From contig NC_083443.1 in NCBI RefSeq assembly GCF_020745735.1, positions 21,255,006 through 21,319,005 on the forward strand: 64,000 bases of DNA, in the 5' to 3' direction. The stretch comes from Hemiscyllium ocellatum (taxonomy: Eukaryota). The notes beneath the pieces were generated by a model. The model saw only the letters and a program-made list of their open reading frames with translations. It searched no databases and had not been told where the DNA came from. Positions within the stretch are counted from its first letter, which is position 1. Each line of letters begins with the position of its first letter. Made by a program: the position numbers and the translations under genes. Below, piece by piece: positions 1 through 12,134 of this stretch.

Positions 1-1755
1 GGTGTAAAAAAAAATGGTGTGGATATTTTTCAATTCATTCTTTTTAATCTTTAAATAAAACGATTGATAGCCTGTTGGCAAGAAAATGGGCTCTGAATCT
101 TATTCAAAAGTTGTATGGGAATGATGGTTGGAATTTTGGCAGGAGGCAACCAATTCCCTTTCAGAGAGTGCTGTCAAGGGAAGCTTTTGCTGAGTTACCT
201 GCTGGGTCCAAGCTCTTTTATGCTGCTGTTGTGACAGGTAGATTTATAAGGCTTGAAATTTGTACAAATCAGTTGTCATTCACGGCAAGCTGTCAATGTG
301 TCAAGCTGTCATGCCTGCTGCGAGGGGATGCCTGAGGGGGTGTGTGAGGGGGCAACTGCAGAGAGAGAAAATGAGTTCAAACAGATCTGAAACAGAGCTC
401 AATTCTATGGGATTTTTCCCCTGTAGAGCATGCATTGATTTTCCTTGATGTTGAGCAACAGCAAACCTGAAATGACATGTTGTTCACAATATAAGTTGCT
501 GTTTATTGTCTTTTAAATGGCATCAAATCATGCAGAAAAGAACTTTGAGTGTATTTTTGTTCACAGAATTCTGCATGTTTAACAGCATCTTGTTCTTGTT
601 ACTTTCTCAGCTAGTTGTTTATATTTGGAAGAATGCAATTGTATTGATGACTTTACTGTCCTTAATTTGCAGTACATATGACACAAAGAGACTTTTAAAC
701 ATGAAATCCCATGAAAGACTTGATATTTAAGGTCCCGTGAATGTTTAGAATTAATCTTGTTTTGCACAGGGTATGTCTTGATAACAGACAATCTGGATGC
801 CATAGACCCTTCCTTGCTTTTTACACATCTGCATTGTGTATCCCTGCCTTAATTGGTCATATCATTCTTGCCCAGTGACTTATCCATCATCCATCAGGTA
901 GAGAAAATGGCTAGGGAAAGAAAGTGGGAAGGTGACACTTGAAGAACAGTCACTAGCACAAAGTAAAAAATTAATCAAAGATCAGTGTTTCCATATAACT
1001 ATTACCAACCGGAGCTCATGGTTTCAGAATCTTTGAGCTAAAAAGTCTACAGAGAGGCTTGCGGCACAGCTGAGTTTGTCTTGTAAAAGTGCAGCTGTCC
1101 AAGACATGACAGCTACAGCATTAGCAGAGCCATTAAGAGGTGTAGAACATTTCCAGGGAAATGATTTGAAAAATGACAATACAGGCTCCAGCATGATATT
1201 AATTATACCTTGTACTCGTGGCAAATAAACTAAAATAGTTGGCAGGAAAGACAAAGTAGTTTATCTTATTGTTTTAGTCACTCCTTCTGATCGCAAGTAA
1301 TTCTAACCAGGTACATGTGTCCCTAAAACACAAGTCATGTTATAATTCAATGTTTAAATTCAAAAAGATTGAATAAAATAAGGGTCATATTAGACAAAGG
1401 TAAGCTTCTCTAAAATTTTCACATTGAAGTTATAAAGGACTTTGGATGATGAAATTGTGATTTTCCTATCAAGCCTCTTCCCTGAGTAACTGCTGACAGG
1501 CTATTGATTTTACCATGATGATCCCATAACTTTCATTAATACAGCAAAGTAACTTGAATCTCTCTTTTTTTTATTATTTTATTTTTAGAACTGAACTGAA
1601 CAAGTTTGTGATTTGTAATTGATGACACTTATTTAGTCACTAATATGAAAACTAGCTCCTAATGGGCTAGTATAATTTTGAATAGTCTTGTTAGTGAGCA
1701 TGATCTTTGCATCATTTGTTTGTTAATGTGAAAAATTTGAAATGCATCAGTTAAT

Positions 1756-2071
1756 GGGCACGGTGGCACAGTGGTTAGCACTGCTGTCTCACAGCGCCAG
1801 AGATCCGGGTTCAATTCCCACCTCAGGCAACTGTCTGTGTGGAGTTTGCACATTCTCCCTGTGTCTGCGTGGGTTTCCTCCGGGTGCTCAGGTTTCCTCC
1901 CACAGTCCAAAAATGTGCAGGTTAGGTGAATTGGCCATGCTAAATTGTCCGTAGTGTTAGATGAAGGGGTAAATGTAGAGGAATGGGTCTGGATGGGTTG
2001 GTTTTCAGAGGGTCGGTGTGGACTTGTTGGGCAGAAGGGCCTGTTTCTACACTGTAAGTAATCTAATCTAA
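1756..2071 (+). mobile_element. HE1-type V-SINE (tRNA-derived, CR1-type tail), full length
   Basis: GGGCACGGTGGCACAGTGGTTAGCA A-box head, GGTTCAATTCC B box, V-domain GTGTGGAGTTTGCACATTCTCCCTGTGTCTGCGTGGGTTTCCTCCGGGTGCTC, tail GAAGGGCCTGTTTCTACACTGTAAGTAATCTAATCTAA. Confidence 0.92.
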
Positions 2072-2644
2072 CGTAAAAGTGACAGTTCCTTTGAAACTAC
2101 TTTCTTCATGAACTAAGTTTAAAAATCAGACAACTCCAGGTTATAGACCAACAGGTTTATTTTATTCAGGTGGTTGTGGAGTGTCAGATCGTACGACACA
2201 GAATTTATAGCAAAAGTTTAAAGTGTGATGTACCTCAAATTATATATTGAAAAAGACCTGGATTGTTTAAGTCTCTCATCTTTTAGAATGGGCATGTTGG
2301 TTTCAGTTCTTTCATATGTAAATTCCAAAACTTTCTTAAAGTTATATTCTCAAATGAACTTTAACAATAGGTGCCATGTTGGCCCAGATCATGCATTGAG
2401 GTGTGAGGCTGTCTGCTCCAAAGTTCAGACTGATTCTAATCTAAAAAAGGATTTACAGAATCTTACATTAATTCATGCAGTTTTTGAGCAAAACAAAATG
2501 TAATTCTGCAACTACAAATTTACCCCACAAACTTGTGTGTAAAATGGGGGGGCAGAGGTATGAGTGTCTGTGTGTGAGTGTGAAAGGGTATAAGTCTGAG
2601 CGGGTGCGTGTGGGAGTGCGGTAGTGTAGGTATGAGCATATGAG

Positions 2645-2647
<3 letters not shown>

Positions 2648-2686
<39 letters not shown>
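2648..2686 (+). repeat. (GT)n microsatellite within the Penelope-like 3' region
   Basis: Uninterrupted GT dinucleotide run. Confidence 0.97.
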
Positions 2687-2688
<2 letters not shown>

Positions 2689-2782
2689 GGGGTGGGGGGC
2701 GGGGTACAGTGGGGTCACCTGTGGTGTGACATGAACCCAAGGTCTTGGTTGAGGCCATTCCCATGGGTACCGAACCTGGCTA

Positions 2783-3106
2783 TCAGCCTCTGTTTAGCCA
2801 CTTTGCATTGTCCCAAAGTCTACCTTGGCGGATGGTTACCTGAAAGTCTGAGGTTGAATGTTCCAGACCATTGAAGCGTGCTCTGACTGTGAGGGAACGC
2901 TCCTGTCTGTTGATTGTTGTGTGGTGTCCAATCATCCATTGCTGTAGCCTCTGCTCAGTCTCACGAATGTACCATGCCTCAGGGTATTCTTGCCTGCAGC
3001 CTTTGAGATGTGCAATGTTGGCCAAGTTACATGTACCCACCACATACATGCGGGAGGGGTCCCCATGAGTAATGGTGGTATCTGTGTCAACACTCTGGCA
3101 CTCCAA
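2783..3106 (-). pseudogene. Decayed GIY-YIG endonuclease domain of a Penelope-like element
   Basis: TCNLANIAHLKGCRQEYPEAWYIRETEQRLQQWMIGHHTTI resembles the PLE C-x-S-x-N-VVYLIxC...WYIGET..L..R.N.H pattern with substitutions. Confidence 0.8.
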
Positions 3107-4237
3107 AAGCTAGTGCTTCCAAATAAACCTGTTGGACTATAACCTAGTGTTGTGTGAATTTTAACTTTGGCCACCCCAGTCCAACACCAGCACCTCCATA
3201 TCGTTGTTCATGAGCCAAAGAGAGACCATGCCAAATGTTTTCTTTTTTCTGGTAGGAATGTGCTTTTTAAATTTTAAGTTTTGAACAAAAACGGCTTGAA
3301 CGTACATAGTAACCGCCTTGCATTTCTAAACAGGGAATTGATTCTTGACATACCATATGAAATTCACTTCTATTGATGGTTGGTAAATTGTACAGAATCA
3401 TTATTGAATTGCACTGTATGGAAAATCAAACTGAAAGTTTCAATATTTCTCCTGCACTTCATCTGTGCATTCACATTGATTAATAAAATATTGCATATAA
3501 GGGTCTTTTATAGTTAAGGTGGGATTAGCATGGTCTTCTCAAGGCCAGAGCTAAGGAACACATCACCCCTGTTTTCAGTACTCCACACCGCAAGGCAACA
3601 CCATTGGCTTAAGTCAATTAGGGCTTACATCAGTGAATGCTCATACAAAGTCTAGGCAGACACTAGCAGAGTGATATCAAGCATATAACCAGTTTGGCCT
3701 TGTTAGCGTGTTGTGGTCAGCCACTCTTGAAGCCTGTCCGACAGGAGAGATTTTTTGCCTCCGACCTGGAGACTGTTTATATTGGTGAGCTGCCAGTATC
3801 ATTTCTGTATGAACCCCACCACTCTGCAGGTTGGTTTATGTGTTAAATGTTTCCACAATACATTTGTAAATGCTTTAGATCTTAATTCAGATCTTAAATA
3901 ATTGTGAAGTATTGCAAACAATTTTTAAGTCTGGTGCAATTGTTTTCACACATTATGCCTGGGTAAATAAATAGTGAATAACCAGAATGATCATTGTGTC
4001 CAATCTATTATTGTAATACCCTTAAACATCTTTCTTTGAATGACTTCAGCTATAGATATTGCTAAATGTTGGAGTTATAATCAGTATAGATAACTTTGTT
4101 AAGTTGTAGCTATGATACATTTTAGATTTAAAAATCTGCAAATCCAACAATAACAGTCATTCCTTTCGTCATAGAATTCCTACAGTGTGGAAACAGACCC
4201 ATCAGCCCAACAAGTCTACACTGACTCTCCAAACAGC

Positions 4238-4367
4238 CCTTCCTGATGAAGGGCTCTGGCCCGAAACGTCGAATTTCCTGTTCCTTGGATGCTGCCTAAC
4301 CTGCTGTGCTTTAACCAGCAACACATTTTCAGCTCTGATCTCCAGCATCTGCAGACCTCACTTTTTT
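4238..4367 (+). mobile_element. Solo Penelope-like terminal repeat (family B)
   Basis: Flanked by direct repeat TCTCCAAACAGC (4226-4237, 4368-4379); similar to copies at 8634, 22110 and 51123. Confidence 0.85.
4240..4273 (+). ncRNA. Minimal type-I hammerhead ribozyme motif
   Basis: TTC-CTGATGA-A-GGGC-TCTG-GCCC-GAAA-CG-TC-GAA: core boxes, 4-bp stem II, palindromic ACGT in place of helix III, GUC cleavage triplet, 3-bp stem I. Confidence 0.7.
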
Positions 4368-5166
4368 TCTCCAAACAGCATCCAACCCAAACCCATTCCC
4401 CATTAGCCTACATTTACCCATGACTAATGCACCTATCCTACACGTCCGTGGACATTATGGGCAATTTAATATGGCCAATTCACCTAACCTGTACATATTT
4501 GGATTGTGGGAGGAAACCAGAGCACCTGGAGGAAACCCACAGATACTGGGAGAATGTGCAAACTCTACACATAGTCACCTGAAGCTGAGATCAAACCAGG
4601 GTCCCTGGTGCTGTGAGGCAGCCATGCTAACCACTGAGCCACCATGCTCAATGCAGATGGTTGTTTCAGCTGACCCCTTTGAACTTTAGTGTTTTTCCTT
4701 ATGATTGTTATCGAATGACCTTTGTCAAGTCAGCTCTAAACATGGTGTTTTCTTGTCCAACTTTATAAGGTGTGTTAAGTAGCAATGTCACACGGCTGGG
4801 TAAAGCAGTTGTTGTGGTGATAGAATTTATTAGGCTTAGAGCACAGTGTATGAATTACGTACATGGCTTATAATATTGAGTAGGTGTTTTGGACGTAATA
4901 TTTTTAATGGTTTGTTTAGCACTGGACATTGATCATAATTTCTGACACAAGCTTTTTAAAATTTTTTCCTTTATTTTAGTTGGTCACTATAACTTTGGTA
5001 TACATGTAACATGTTCACTATAATTTTATTCAGTTCTCCATTGTCTGTTATTTGTGTAAATGTATAAAATTATGGTGCATGATGTGATAAACTATTTGAA
5101 TAAAATGGGAACTTGACAGTTATAAATATCTGTTTTAAAGTGATAATAGTGAACAGAAGTTATATA

Positions 5167-5479
5167 TTAGATTAGATTATTTACAGTGTGGAAACAGGCC
5201 CTTCGGCCCAACAAGTCCACACCGACCCGCCGAAGCGCAACCCACCCATACCCCTACATATACCCCTTACCTAACACTACGGGCAATTTAGCATGGCCAA
5301 TTCACCTGGCCCGCACATCTTTGGACTGTGGGAGGAAACCGGAGCACCCGGAGGAAACCCACGCAGACACGGGGAGAACGTGCAAACTCCACACAGTCAG
5401 TCGCCTGAGGCGGGAATTGAACCCAGGTCCCTGGCGCTGTGAGGCAGCAGTGCTAACCACTGTGCCACCGTGCCGCCCC
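5167..5479 (-). mobile_element. HE1-type V-SINE, young full-length copy
   Basis: Complete head (GGGGCGGCACGGTGGCACAGTGGTTAGCA on minus strand), V-domain and TAATCTAATCTAA tail; many CpGs intact; possible TSD ATATT. Confidence 0.95.
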
Positions 5480-8400
5480 ATATTGTGTGATTTTCAAAAG
5501 GTTCTAAATATATCAATGTCAGATGCGTTTGGATTGAAATATCATGCAATTTATTTAGAACGCTGGTAAATTTGTGTAATTTTTTTCAATTAAAATGATG
5601 GAATAATTGTTAAATGGAAGGTAGGAAGATTCATTAATTTTTTTGTTTTGGGTAGGATGTAATAAGAGTATAGACGTTCTGTTTATAGAGGAAATATGCA
5701 GCTGACGTGATATTTAATATAGCAAAATACAGTTTAGTTAGAAATTCTGCTGAGAACCATTGTTAGCATCATAATTAAACAGACATGAAAACTCCTATGC
5801 ATATCATTTAACAATTATTCCATTGTTTTATCACTTCATGCTCCATAAAGATTTCTGATGTGAAAATGCAAGCGAGCCCAAGACTGTATCCTTGACAAAG
5901 TTTGACAGGAATTACTTTTGATTTCACCAGTTATACGAATAAGAGGAGACTTCTAGTGCAGTCATTGCACTTTTAGTCAGAAGTTCTAGATTTGAGGCCT
6001 ATGCCAGGGCTTGTTGACCATGGAAGATATATTCATAATGTGGTCAAACTGGTGGATTATCAGTTGAAAATACTTAGAATAGCAGGTTGGCAGAGCACAG
6101 GAGTCTCTTGGACAGCCAAACTGCAGTAGGCAATGGCAAATCCATCCAATATTTTCCCATACATGTAGATCAATCCAAAGAAAATTCATGTTCTGACTCT
6201 GGAAAATATGGAAGGGAAAGAAGACTGACTGGCTGACATTTAAAAAAGCATGTAAGGAGAAAAAAACTTTTTTACTTTTGGCAGGGGCACTTTTGTTTAT
6301 TAGAATTCAGCGTTGGATGCTCCAAAGTTCTTCCTATCAAAAATCTTGAAACTTGCCTGGGATTGTACATGAACAAAAATGAAAAATTGGAAAATTTATT
6401 GCTTGTTTTTATTTTGGGCTAGCTGAAATATAAAAAAAGAAGTAATTTACATTCAATTTTTCAAGATCAAGAAGAAACATGGAGCTGATGAGACAATTAA
6501 ATATGGGTGGTTGACCAATTTTTCAATGAAGCATCATTGACTTGAAGTGTGCAATAATTTTAATTTGGTTTGCAATGCTTCAGACTCACTTAATCTCCAG
6601 ACTCAAATTTTGTGTCCAATCTCAGTTATGTAAGTGATTAGATCTGTAGGTGTTAACATTGAATACCACTGGTTAGAAAAGAAAGTTCTCTTTGAAGTAT
6701 TGATCAGATTGGTAAAGATTCTATACTAGGCTGTCCAGAATATCCTTGTGCTCTCACTGCCCATCTTTTGCACAGCTGCAATAAGACAACTGAATCACTA
6801 ACAGGTTGAAGAAAAGTGCTTTGATAATTGCTTATTGTTTTAAGTTCACTAATCATTAGAAAAAATATTTTTTCTCAAGTTATGTTTGTATCAGAAGTTT
6901 TGTAAACTGTGAAAGATGGTTAAATGGCGTTCACAAGGGCCTGTTAACCTAGGTCTTTCAGTTGCTGCTGAAACAGGTCTGTCTGAGGCTAATCATATGA
7001 CGGCCCCTCCCCCTTACCTTTCAGTTTTTTTTTAATAGCCAATCTTGTATGTCTGGCCAGTTCCAGATGTCTCCAATGCAATGTACTGTTGGGGTTGGCC
7101 CAAAGAAGAGATGGGGGACAAGTGGTGGGGCATGGTATTATGTCAGTGAAGGAGATAGACTTGGGTCATGTTGGTTGGGTGGGAAGGTGTGTGGCTAGAG
7201 AGATGGAAAATTTGGTTGGGGTGGATGTGTTGGAGAAGAGTCGGGGCAGTGGTTGATGCTGGTTATGGGGGTAGAGGGTTTGGGGTGGTGGTGATGTAGT
7301 CAGTTTAATAATTACCCTTGAATTAGGTGGGGTTTTAAATCCTATAACGTGTACTGGGTAAATTTTAAACTAATTATGTCAGAACTATCCAAAATTTCCA
7401 ACTTTAACTCAGTCAAGAATGTGATCAAAAAACATCTGGATACCAGTTCATTGTTGATTAGACATTCTGACTTCCTGGACAATTCCCATGTAGTCAAACT
7501 GTGTTGGGACTTCTGCATTGTCAGTGTCAACAACCCCTGTTGATTCTGCTGCAGTGACCATCTTCTTACCAGAAGACCTGGGCCATTGTTTTAGATCAAG
7601 TTTGCTTCAGTTCAGTTTGACATAAGATGCCTAGCATTTTTCTTTTAATGTTTTGTTACTTCATTAATCAAGTTTCCTTTTCTTTCATATTTAACAATAA
7701 TCTTGAAGGTTCTAGTCTGAATTTAAATGAAGGGTGTGAATGGACAAATAATGGGCTAATTGTTCTCCATTTTTCTTTGCTTTACTTTTCCTGCTAATAC
7801 TGTGGGGCTGCATTTTCACATGAATTGGGCAAGTGTCAATTTCAGAGACTTTCATGAATGGTTTCCTTTCATGATCTCTAGTTTGTAATCTCGTACAGTT
7901 CTCTGCTGCTCATCTTATTGTCTGTAGTGTGTCTACAGCATCACTCTTGCACTATCTTGCACATACAAGCGGCAGATGTGCTTGCTGCTGCTGGAACCTT
8001 CTGGCTTTCGTGCCACTAGTGTCCTATGCAAGCTCAGTTGTGCGCTAGGCCTGGAATAGCCCTTATATTACGTATAATGAGAGGGAAATAGAAAAGAAAA
8101 ACTTCTGAGAGTGCAGAAGTGGGAAAGGGTGACACTTCATTATAGAAGCTATTCGAAAATCTATTGGGACTTGAATTTATCACCTGTCTGATCAATTGTG
8201 ACATAACTTCAAAAATTAATCTACCCACCTTTAGCACCATTGCTCTTTCCCTGACTCTCAAGAGTGTTGTACAACATCACATTATTGTTCAACTTAGGAT
8301 TGAATGATGACCTGACCTAATTCAGGTCTGTTGCAACTGGTTGTCTGGTTTGTATTTGATGCTGCACTGCATTGTGATGAAGGTGATGTTCTTCTGGCTC

Positions 8401-8633
8401 CATTGTCTCAGCTTTTTTCAGTGTAAGACTGCTGCCATTCTCCCAGCATGTCATTATCCATCACACCCCCTCCTTGCCTACCTTCCAGTTTTGCAAAGGA
8501 AAGCGTATAAGAATTAGATGCATGCATGACTGCAGGTTCCCACACACCGATCCCAGCATCGGAGCCTCACCTAGAGGCCTAAAATCATCATCTTCATGGC
8601 TTTTGTGGAATAATGGGCTTCATTGTATCTGTG

Positions 8634-8760
8634 GTTAAAAACAAGGACTGCAGATGCTGGAAACTAGAGTCTAGATTAGTGTGGTGCTGGAAAAGCACAG
8701 CAGGTCAGGCAGCATCTGAGGAGCAGGAAAATTGACGTTTCGGGCAAAAGCCCTTCATCT
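8634..8760 (-). mobile_element. Solo Penelope-like terminal repeat (family B) with 16-bp TSD
   Basis: CTTCATTGTATCTGTG at 8618-8633 and 8761-8776; minus strand begins AGATGAAGGGCTTTTGCCCGAAACGTC. Confidence 0.88.
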
Positions 8761-9662
8761 CTTCATTGTATCTGTGTTTACGTTTAATCTGGGAGTTGCG
8801 AATTAAATCATCATCAGCCATGTTTGCAGAGAGTATTCCAGGTCTCTCAGCAGCTATTCTTATAAAGATCTGGCCCTTGAAATGAAGAGGGAACATGAGT
8901 TATCAATGAAAAAAGCAGCTTCCGGGGTACCTGGTGCAGAATTGTAAAATGTGGTAGTACTGATGATCTCACATTTAAAGTTAACAGTTTCAAATTATCT
9001 TCTTCCTTTCTCAGTTGCAAGTGCTTTACATTGTCAGCTTAAGCCAAGAACCCTGCAGAACTACACCAAACTGAAACTTATGTTAAAAATTTCCAAGCTA
9101 TATATTTTCTCGAAGAAATATAATTCCAGAATCTTCTGCCTGAAAGTATAATGCAGCACTGCTTACTTTTCTTTTTCCTCCTAAACCCTGCCAAACTAAA
9201 CCAAAAGCTATTGCTCTCCAGGAAGTATGGCAGTAATATTTTAATTTCAGATGTCATTGAGCTCCAAGGTGCAGATTTGAAGTGGTGAACTGTGTTAGAA
9301 GTTAGTCAGCGATGTACTATGATGTTATGGTGAGGCTCGTGTTTATCGGAGGCCAAACTCCGTAGATGAAGGATGCAAGTGGTGATTGACCATGGAGCAT
9401 GCCTTGCGATGTTGGGGAATGTAGTTCAAAATGGAGGCCTACAGGAGCAAGCAGTGAGCTGGTGCTACCAGATCTGCTCAGACTTTCATATCAAGAATTA
9501 TTGCTGTCTCATTTCTCTCTGCTGCCTGGGAAAATAGCTACTTGAATGTAAATGAGGTGAGATTAGAGAATAGTGAGATGTTGACAAATGCAACTTGGCT
9601 CTTTGCCCCTTAACTAGTGAAATTCTGTTCTCACTTTTTAAAACATGGGTGGGAAAATTGAA

Positions 9663-10185
9663 CTTGGAGTATTGTGTACAGTTCTGGTCACCGCATTATA
9701 GGAAGGATGTGGAAGCTTTGGAAAGGGTTTAGAGGAGATTTACTAGAATGTTGCCTGGTATGAAAGGAAGGTCTTATGAGGAAAGGCTGAGGGAACTGAG
9801 GCTGTTTTTGTTGGAGAGAAGAAGGTTGAGAGGCGATTTAATCGAGACACATAAGATAATCAGAGGGTTAGATAGGGTGGACTTGAGAACCTTTTTCTGC
9901 GGATGGTGAAGGCTAACAGAAGGCGACATAGCTTTAAATTGAGGGGTGATAGATTTATGATAGATATCATGGATGGTTTCTTTACTCAGTAATAGGGGCG
10001 TGGAACGGCCTGCCTGCAACAGTAGTAGACTCGACGACGTTAAGGGTATTTAAATGGGCATTGGACACACATATGGATCATAATGGAATGGTATAGGTTA
10101 GCTGAGCATCAGATTAATTTCACGTGTTGGCTCAACATTGAGGGCTGAAGGGCCTGTACTGCGCTGTAATGCTCTGTGTTGTATG
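9663..10185 (+). mobile_element. CR1/HER1-type LINE 3' end
   Basis: Translates LEYCVQFWSPHYRKDVEALERV*RRFTRMLPG; tail GAAGGGCCTGTACTGCGCTGTAA. Confidence 0.92.
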
Positions 10186-10447
10186 CTAATGAAGTTGCCA
10201 CTGTATGTCGAGTTCTTTTATTTAACGGGCTAGAGTGGCAGTCAGTTGCCGCTAAGGTAGTGGTAATGCTGTAAATGAAATAATGTACGCTGTACCTGTT
10301 CTCTTGAAATGTGTGCAACTCTTCGTCAAATCTAAGCAACAAATGTGCTGTGTATACTGACCACAAATATCTATAAGTCACTTGTGAAACAAATTTAATA
10401 AACTGAACTTATTGAACTAACTGACAAGTAAGTAAAACATTTTCCGA

Positions 10448-11270
10448 GGAATAGAATTGAAATCGGCCCTTCGGCCTACCATGCCTATGCCGACTGACAA
10501 AAGCCAAACCATACTAATTCTATTTACCTGCACTTGGTCCATAGCTTACTATGCCCTGGCATTTTAAGTACTCCTCTAAATGTTGCAAAGGTACCTGCCG
10601 CCTCCACCATGTTAGGCAGCCTGTTCTACATTTCTACTGTCCACCTGGTGAAAAAGCTTTTTCTCAGATCTCCACTAAAGCACTTGCTCCTCGCTTTGAA
10701 CCTATGCTGTCTGGTCTTAGATATGTCAGCCGTGGGAAAGATATTCTGACGTTCTGTTCTGTCTATGCCTCTCCAAAACCTCAATCAGACCACTCAGCCT
10801 CCTTTACTCTTGGGAAAACAAACCCAGCCTATCCAATTTGTCCTTTACTACTGAGACTTTTCATCCCAGACATATCTTGATGAATTTCTCTGTACCCTCT
10901 CCAGTGTAATCACATCATTCTGAAAGTGTGGCACCCAGAACTGCATGCAATATTCCATTTGTGGCTTAACCATTGTTTTATAAAGTTATAACAAGACTTC
11001 CTTACTCAAAAATTAACTCCAAGGCTCGTAAAGGCATGTATCCCATATGCTGCCTTCACCATTATGTCTATTTGCTGACATCTTTTAAGGATCTACAGAT
11101 TTATTCACCATGATCCCTTGCTTCCTCAGTACTCCTTAAGGAGCCGCATTCATTGTTTATATTCTTCCTTTATTGGACCTCCTAAAGTGCATCATCCTGC
11201 ACTCTCAGCCATTAAATTCCATCTGCCGTTGCTCTGCCCAGTTTACCAGCTAATCGGTATCTGACTGCGA
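10448..11270 (-). mobile_element. CR1-type LINE 3' fragment
   Basis: Minus-strand GGAATATTGCATGCAGTTCTGGGTGCCACAC (EYCMQFWVPH) and WQMEFN-like segment; GGCCCTTCGGCC tail hairpin. Confidence 0.85.
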
Positions 11271-12134
11271 TTTTTAAATATCTAATTTAACATATGCATT
11301 AATATACTTATTTAAAATAATTTTCATACACCTACTGCTGTAATAGTTTTGTCAGTAAAAGATACTTTACTGAAAACAAGCAAGATAAACTTGAGAATTT
11401 CATTGGTATATTCTTTAACATTGTCTGACTATTTGGTCAGATTTTGGTGTTGCTGTTTTGTGATTAGAAAGGCATTTTAGTTTATTTTAAGAGAACCCTT
11501 TTGGATATATTTGATTATTCACATAAGATTGATTATACAAAGTTAAAATACTAAGTACAATGGTGTCAATACTAACTAATAATGTTTTTCTAGGCAAAAT
11601 TATTGAAATTAACATTATATTGTATAATTGCAACTTTAGATGTTCAACTTGATGTCTTGATTTTAAATCTAAGCTATAAATAGAGAAGAATTCAAGGCTC
11701 AGTATGAAATTGCTTTAAACTGCAAATACAGCCAGAATCAAATGTACAGTCCTGACTTGTTAGAATGCAATGGCATCCTTGGAGAAGAGTGCATGTAAAA
11801 CTATTTTAAAACTGATTTGGACTTTACCACCTGATTTTTACACAACAGGGATAATTTCAAACTTTGTATGATGATGCAAATAGTTGCTAATGAATTAACT
11901 GCCTGTTTTATATCATCTCTAATTTTCCTCTCCACTGAAGTTTGAAAATGGCAAGGAAAATCAGACAGGCCAGTTTGGTATCACTCACTTTACAGTTTTC
12001 TCTAATTATTCTCCAGAGATTTAGTGTTGTTGTGAATCTAAAACTGTTTGATTCTGAAACAAAACTTATAGTATGAGTGTGCTATAACATTTCTGAAATA
12101 GCTCAGAAAGGAAAAAATCAACCAAACAGGAAAA

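Larger units (their letters stand above)
2115..3205 (-). mobile_element. 5'-truncated Penelope-like retroelement (family A) with GIY-YIG remnant and inverted terminal repeat
   Basis: Minus-strand GIY-YIG-like ORF; 2115-2160 is the reverse complement of ~3122-3168; probable TSD TTCATGA(A/G)C at 2105-2113 and 3207-3215. Confidence 0.85.
4168..4649 (-). mobile_element. HE1-type V-SINE, older copy, interrupted by a Penelope terminal repeat
   Basis: Reverse complement similar to 1756-2071 (GGAGGAAACCAGAGCACCTGGAGGAAACCCAC; GCTAACCACTGAGCCACC); insertion at 4238-4367. Confidence 0.88.

Noticed and set aside
75-1254. Short ORFs at the window start, and most other 60-110 aa ORFs in the track
   Set aside because: No recognisable domains, many non-ATG starts and no supporting splice structure; consistent with chance ORFs
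1278-1310. Possible 33-nt exon (TTTTAG|TCACTCC...AACCAG|GTACAT)
   Set aside because: Weak donor and unrecognisable peptide (SLLLIASNSNQ)
1756-1830. tRNA gene
   Set aside because: The A/B boxes are the head of an HE1 SINE and continue into the V-domain; the same applies at 5400-5479 and 38393
6920-8620. Possible decayed non-autonomous DNA transposons
   Set aside because: Repeat-like, but I could not establish convincing terminal inverted repeats or TSDs
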